In this document: positions 61,808 through 64,000 of the stretch, piece by piece
How positions within the stretch are numbered: the stretch's first letter is position 1
Layout: every line of letters starts with the position of its first letter
DNA from: Zygnema circumcarinatum SAG 698-1b
Taxonomy: Eukaryota > Plantae > Zygnematophyceae
Length of the DNA stretch: 64,000 nucleotides
Assembly: GCA_037447605.1 (NCBI GenBank)
Contig: CM074816.1
Span: 1,578,525-1,642,524, forward strand
Direction: 5' to 3'
Position numbers and translations under genes: made by a program
The notes under the pieces: model-generated
What the model was told of the DNA's origin: nothing
The model's input: the letters and a program-made list of their open reading frames with translations, nothing else
Database searches by the model: none

Positions 61808-64000
61808 CTACTTTAAAACGAGATACATTGGGTTGAGAAGGCGTCGGCCAGGCGGTGAGTGATGACAGCGTGACGCTTTCGCCCCCTCTAAATAGCACCG
61901 CCGTGTCATCAAGGCGTGGCCTACTGCAAGCAGTTTCTGTTCTGCTCCCGCATATTTTCGCTCAGCGGGACTCATTTTTCGTCTTTCATCGGCTAAATAT
62001 TGGCCATCTTGAAACAAGACGGCACCCAAGGCGAATCCTGAAGCATCACAAACCACTTCATAAGGCTTGGACGGGTCCGCTAAACGGAGAGTGGGTGCGG
62101 TAACAAGTGCATGGCGCACACCTTCGAATGCATCCTGGCATTCAGGGGTCCATGTAAAGGGGAAACCGGAACGTGTCAAATTAGTCAAGGGAGTAACCAA
62201 TTTACTAAACCCTTGGATGAACTTACGAAAATAATTCGCAAAGCCCAGAAAAGACCTCAACTGGTGCAAGTCAGTCGGTGGCGCCCAAGTTTCCACCGCT
62301 GAAACTTTGGCAGGATGAGGCCGAAGGCCCTGATCATTCAGGATATGCCCAAGATAAAGCAACTCACGTTGCATGAAATGACACTTCTTCCTCTTGGCAT
62401 AAAACTGGTGTTTCCTCAGTGTAGCGAAACGCTATACATGGGTTGTATGGCCTAGTACTTACATCCGCGGTTGCCTTTTAATGGTAAAGCACTGGTGTGG
62501 GTACAGGGAGGTCTTGTGTTCAAACCCTGCTGAGGTCGGGTTTGTTACATTGGTATCAGAGCCTAATGCCCGGTATTTGTAATCCACCCTAAAAACACCG
62601 TGATCTCTGAGCATGGTACGGTTGGCCAGAGGGTTTGAACCGTACATCCCATCATGTGTTGAAGGAGCTTGAACGCTGCTCGTGAAAACCCTTGAGTGCG
62701 CTCGAGGACGAGCCCGGTTTAGGTGGGGAGGAATGTAGCGAAACGCTATACATATGTTGTATGGCCTAGTATTTACATCCGCGGTTGCCTTTTAATGGTA
62801 AAGCACTGGTGTGGGTACCGGGAGGTCTTGTGTTCAAACCCTGCTGAGGTCGGGTTTGTTACACTCAGGGTCTCAAACACTTTGCGAACGTGTTCAAGAT
62901 GTTCCTCCTCCGTCTTACTGAAGACAAGGATATCATCGAGGTAAACCAAAACAAACTCGTCCATGCCGATGAACATCTCGTTCATGACAGCCTGGAAAGT
63001 TGCCGGAGCATTAGTCAATCCAAAGGGCAACACCTTATATTGGAAATGACCAATCGGCGTCCGGAACGCAGTTTTTGGCACATCAGCTTCCGTGACGCGG
63101 ATCTGATGATACCCCTGAGCAAGATCAAGTGAAGTAAACACTTTGGCGCCGTGAAGACGATCCAACAGATCATCGATACGTGGTAAAGCAAATCGATTCT
63201 TTACGGTGATCTTGTTGAGTGCACGATAATCAATGCACATCCTCAACGAGTCATCTTTCTTGCCAACAAACAAGACGGGCGCCCCAAAAGGGCTTTGGCT
63301 GGGCTCTATCCAGCCCTTGTCCCGTAAAGTAGTCAACTGCTTACGCATTTCCTCGGTTTCCTTCGGACTTAACCGATAGATCGGCCGCCAAGGCGGCTTT
63401 TGCTCAGGCTCAAGAGGGATTGTGTGCCCCACCCCCCTAGATGGTGGCAACCCTCTTGGAAGGTCGTCAGGGAAGACATCCTTGAATTCATCCAACAAAG
63501 GTTGGATCTGGGATGGAACAGCCGAGAGCACATCCGTAGATGTGATCTGCCATTCCTGATCTTCGTCATGAACATCCTCAGTGGCTGCCATGACATGCAC
63601 CATGAACAAGGTGCAACCCTCCTTAACTGCTTTGGCCAATTGCATAGCCGAGCAGAGATAAGGAGTATCAACCTGCGTGATAGCAGTGGATGTGGGTTTG
63701 CCAGGGTGCAGTGTGATGCGCCTATCCCCACTGTGCAGAATACAGTGTGGGATGGAAAAGTCCAATTGGGCTTTGACCATGGTTAACCAAGCACTCCCTA
63801 AAATAACATCCGTACCAGAGGCCAGTTGTGTCAGAAGACACTTCACTGCCCCGGAGTAGGATTGGAGCCTGATCTTGAGTGTGACGATGCCAGAGATCTG
63901 GCCCCGGCGGCCATCCCCGAAAGTAACACTTTCAGAATGGGGATCTGTGGTCAACCCAAACCTTTGGGTGAATGCAGAACTAACAAAGTTAGCATCTGCC
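61808..64000 (-). mobile_element. Ty3/Gypsy pol (protease end, RT, RNase H), interrupted by a TRIM
   Basis: DVILGSAWL, GWIEPSQSPFGAPVLFVGKKD, LRMCIDYRALN, FGLTNAPATFQ, VYLDDILVFS, YLGHIL, LRSFLGFANYFRKFI, CDASGFALGAVL. Removing 62420-62868 restores VFETL-RKHQFYAKRKKC. Confidence 0.96.
62420..62863 (+). mobile_element. Complete 444-bp TRIM (non-autonomous LTR retrotransposon) with tRNA-like sequence in its LTRs
   Basis: LTR1 62420-62549 and LTR2 62734-62863 (130 bp, TGTA..TACA, 4 mismatches); PBS TGGTATCAGAGC 62551-62562; PPT AGGTGGGGAGGAA 62721-62733; TSD CTCAG 62415-62419 and 62864-62868; B-box GTTCAAACC at 62518-62526 and 62832-62840. Confidence 0.95.

Overview
Eukaryotic genomic DNA, probably from a streptophyte green alga or other plant-lineage genome (inferred from plant-type genes, TTTAGGG repeats and GC-rich exons in SSR-packed introns). 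It is a draft assembly with many 10-N gaps. Positions 1-45.8 kb are gene-rich. Hand-spliced, phase-checked models: a FAR1/MULE-like exon (-); a 9-exon GT90/CAP10-type glycosyltransferase (+); a CWC27/CYP57 cyclophilin (-, incomplete at gaps); a 6-exon SUB1-like/O-fucosyltransferase-like protein (-) with a ~5.5-kb telomeric array in intron 3; a 14-exon putative SLF2/NSE6 (CANIN-like) protein (+) preceded by a truncated paralogue; and a BAT1-like amino-acid permease (-) with two probably artefactual exact duplications. Positions 45.8-64 kb are a retrotransposon nest: a Ty3/Gypsy host (-) interrupted by two related Ty1/Copia copies (one carrying a further Copia with a 5-bp TSD) and by a complete 444-bp TRIM. 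The TRIM's 130-bp LTRs contain a degenerate tRNA-like Pol III promoter, the most unusual element here. CCGTAC clusters recur upstream of five of the genes. No database searches could be run: family assignments rest on recalled motifs.
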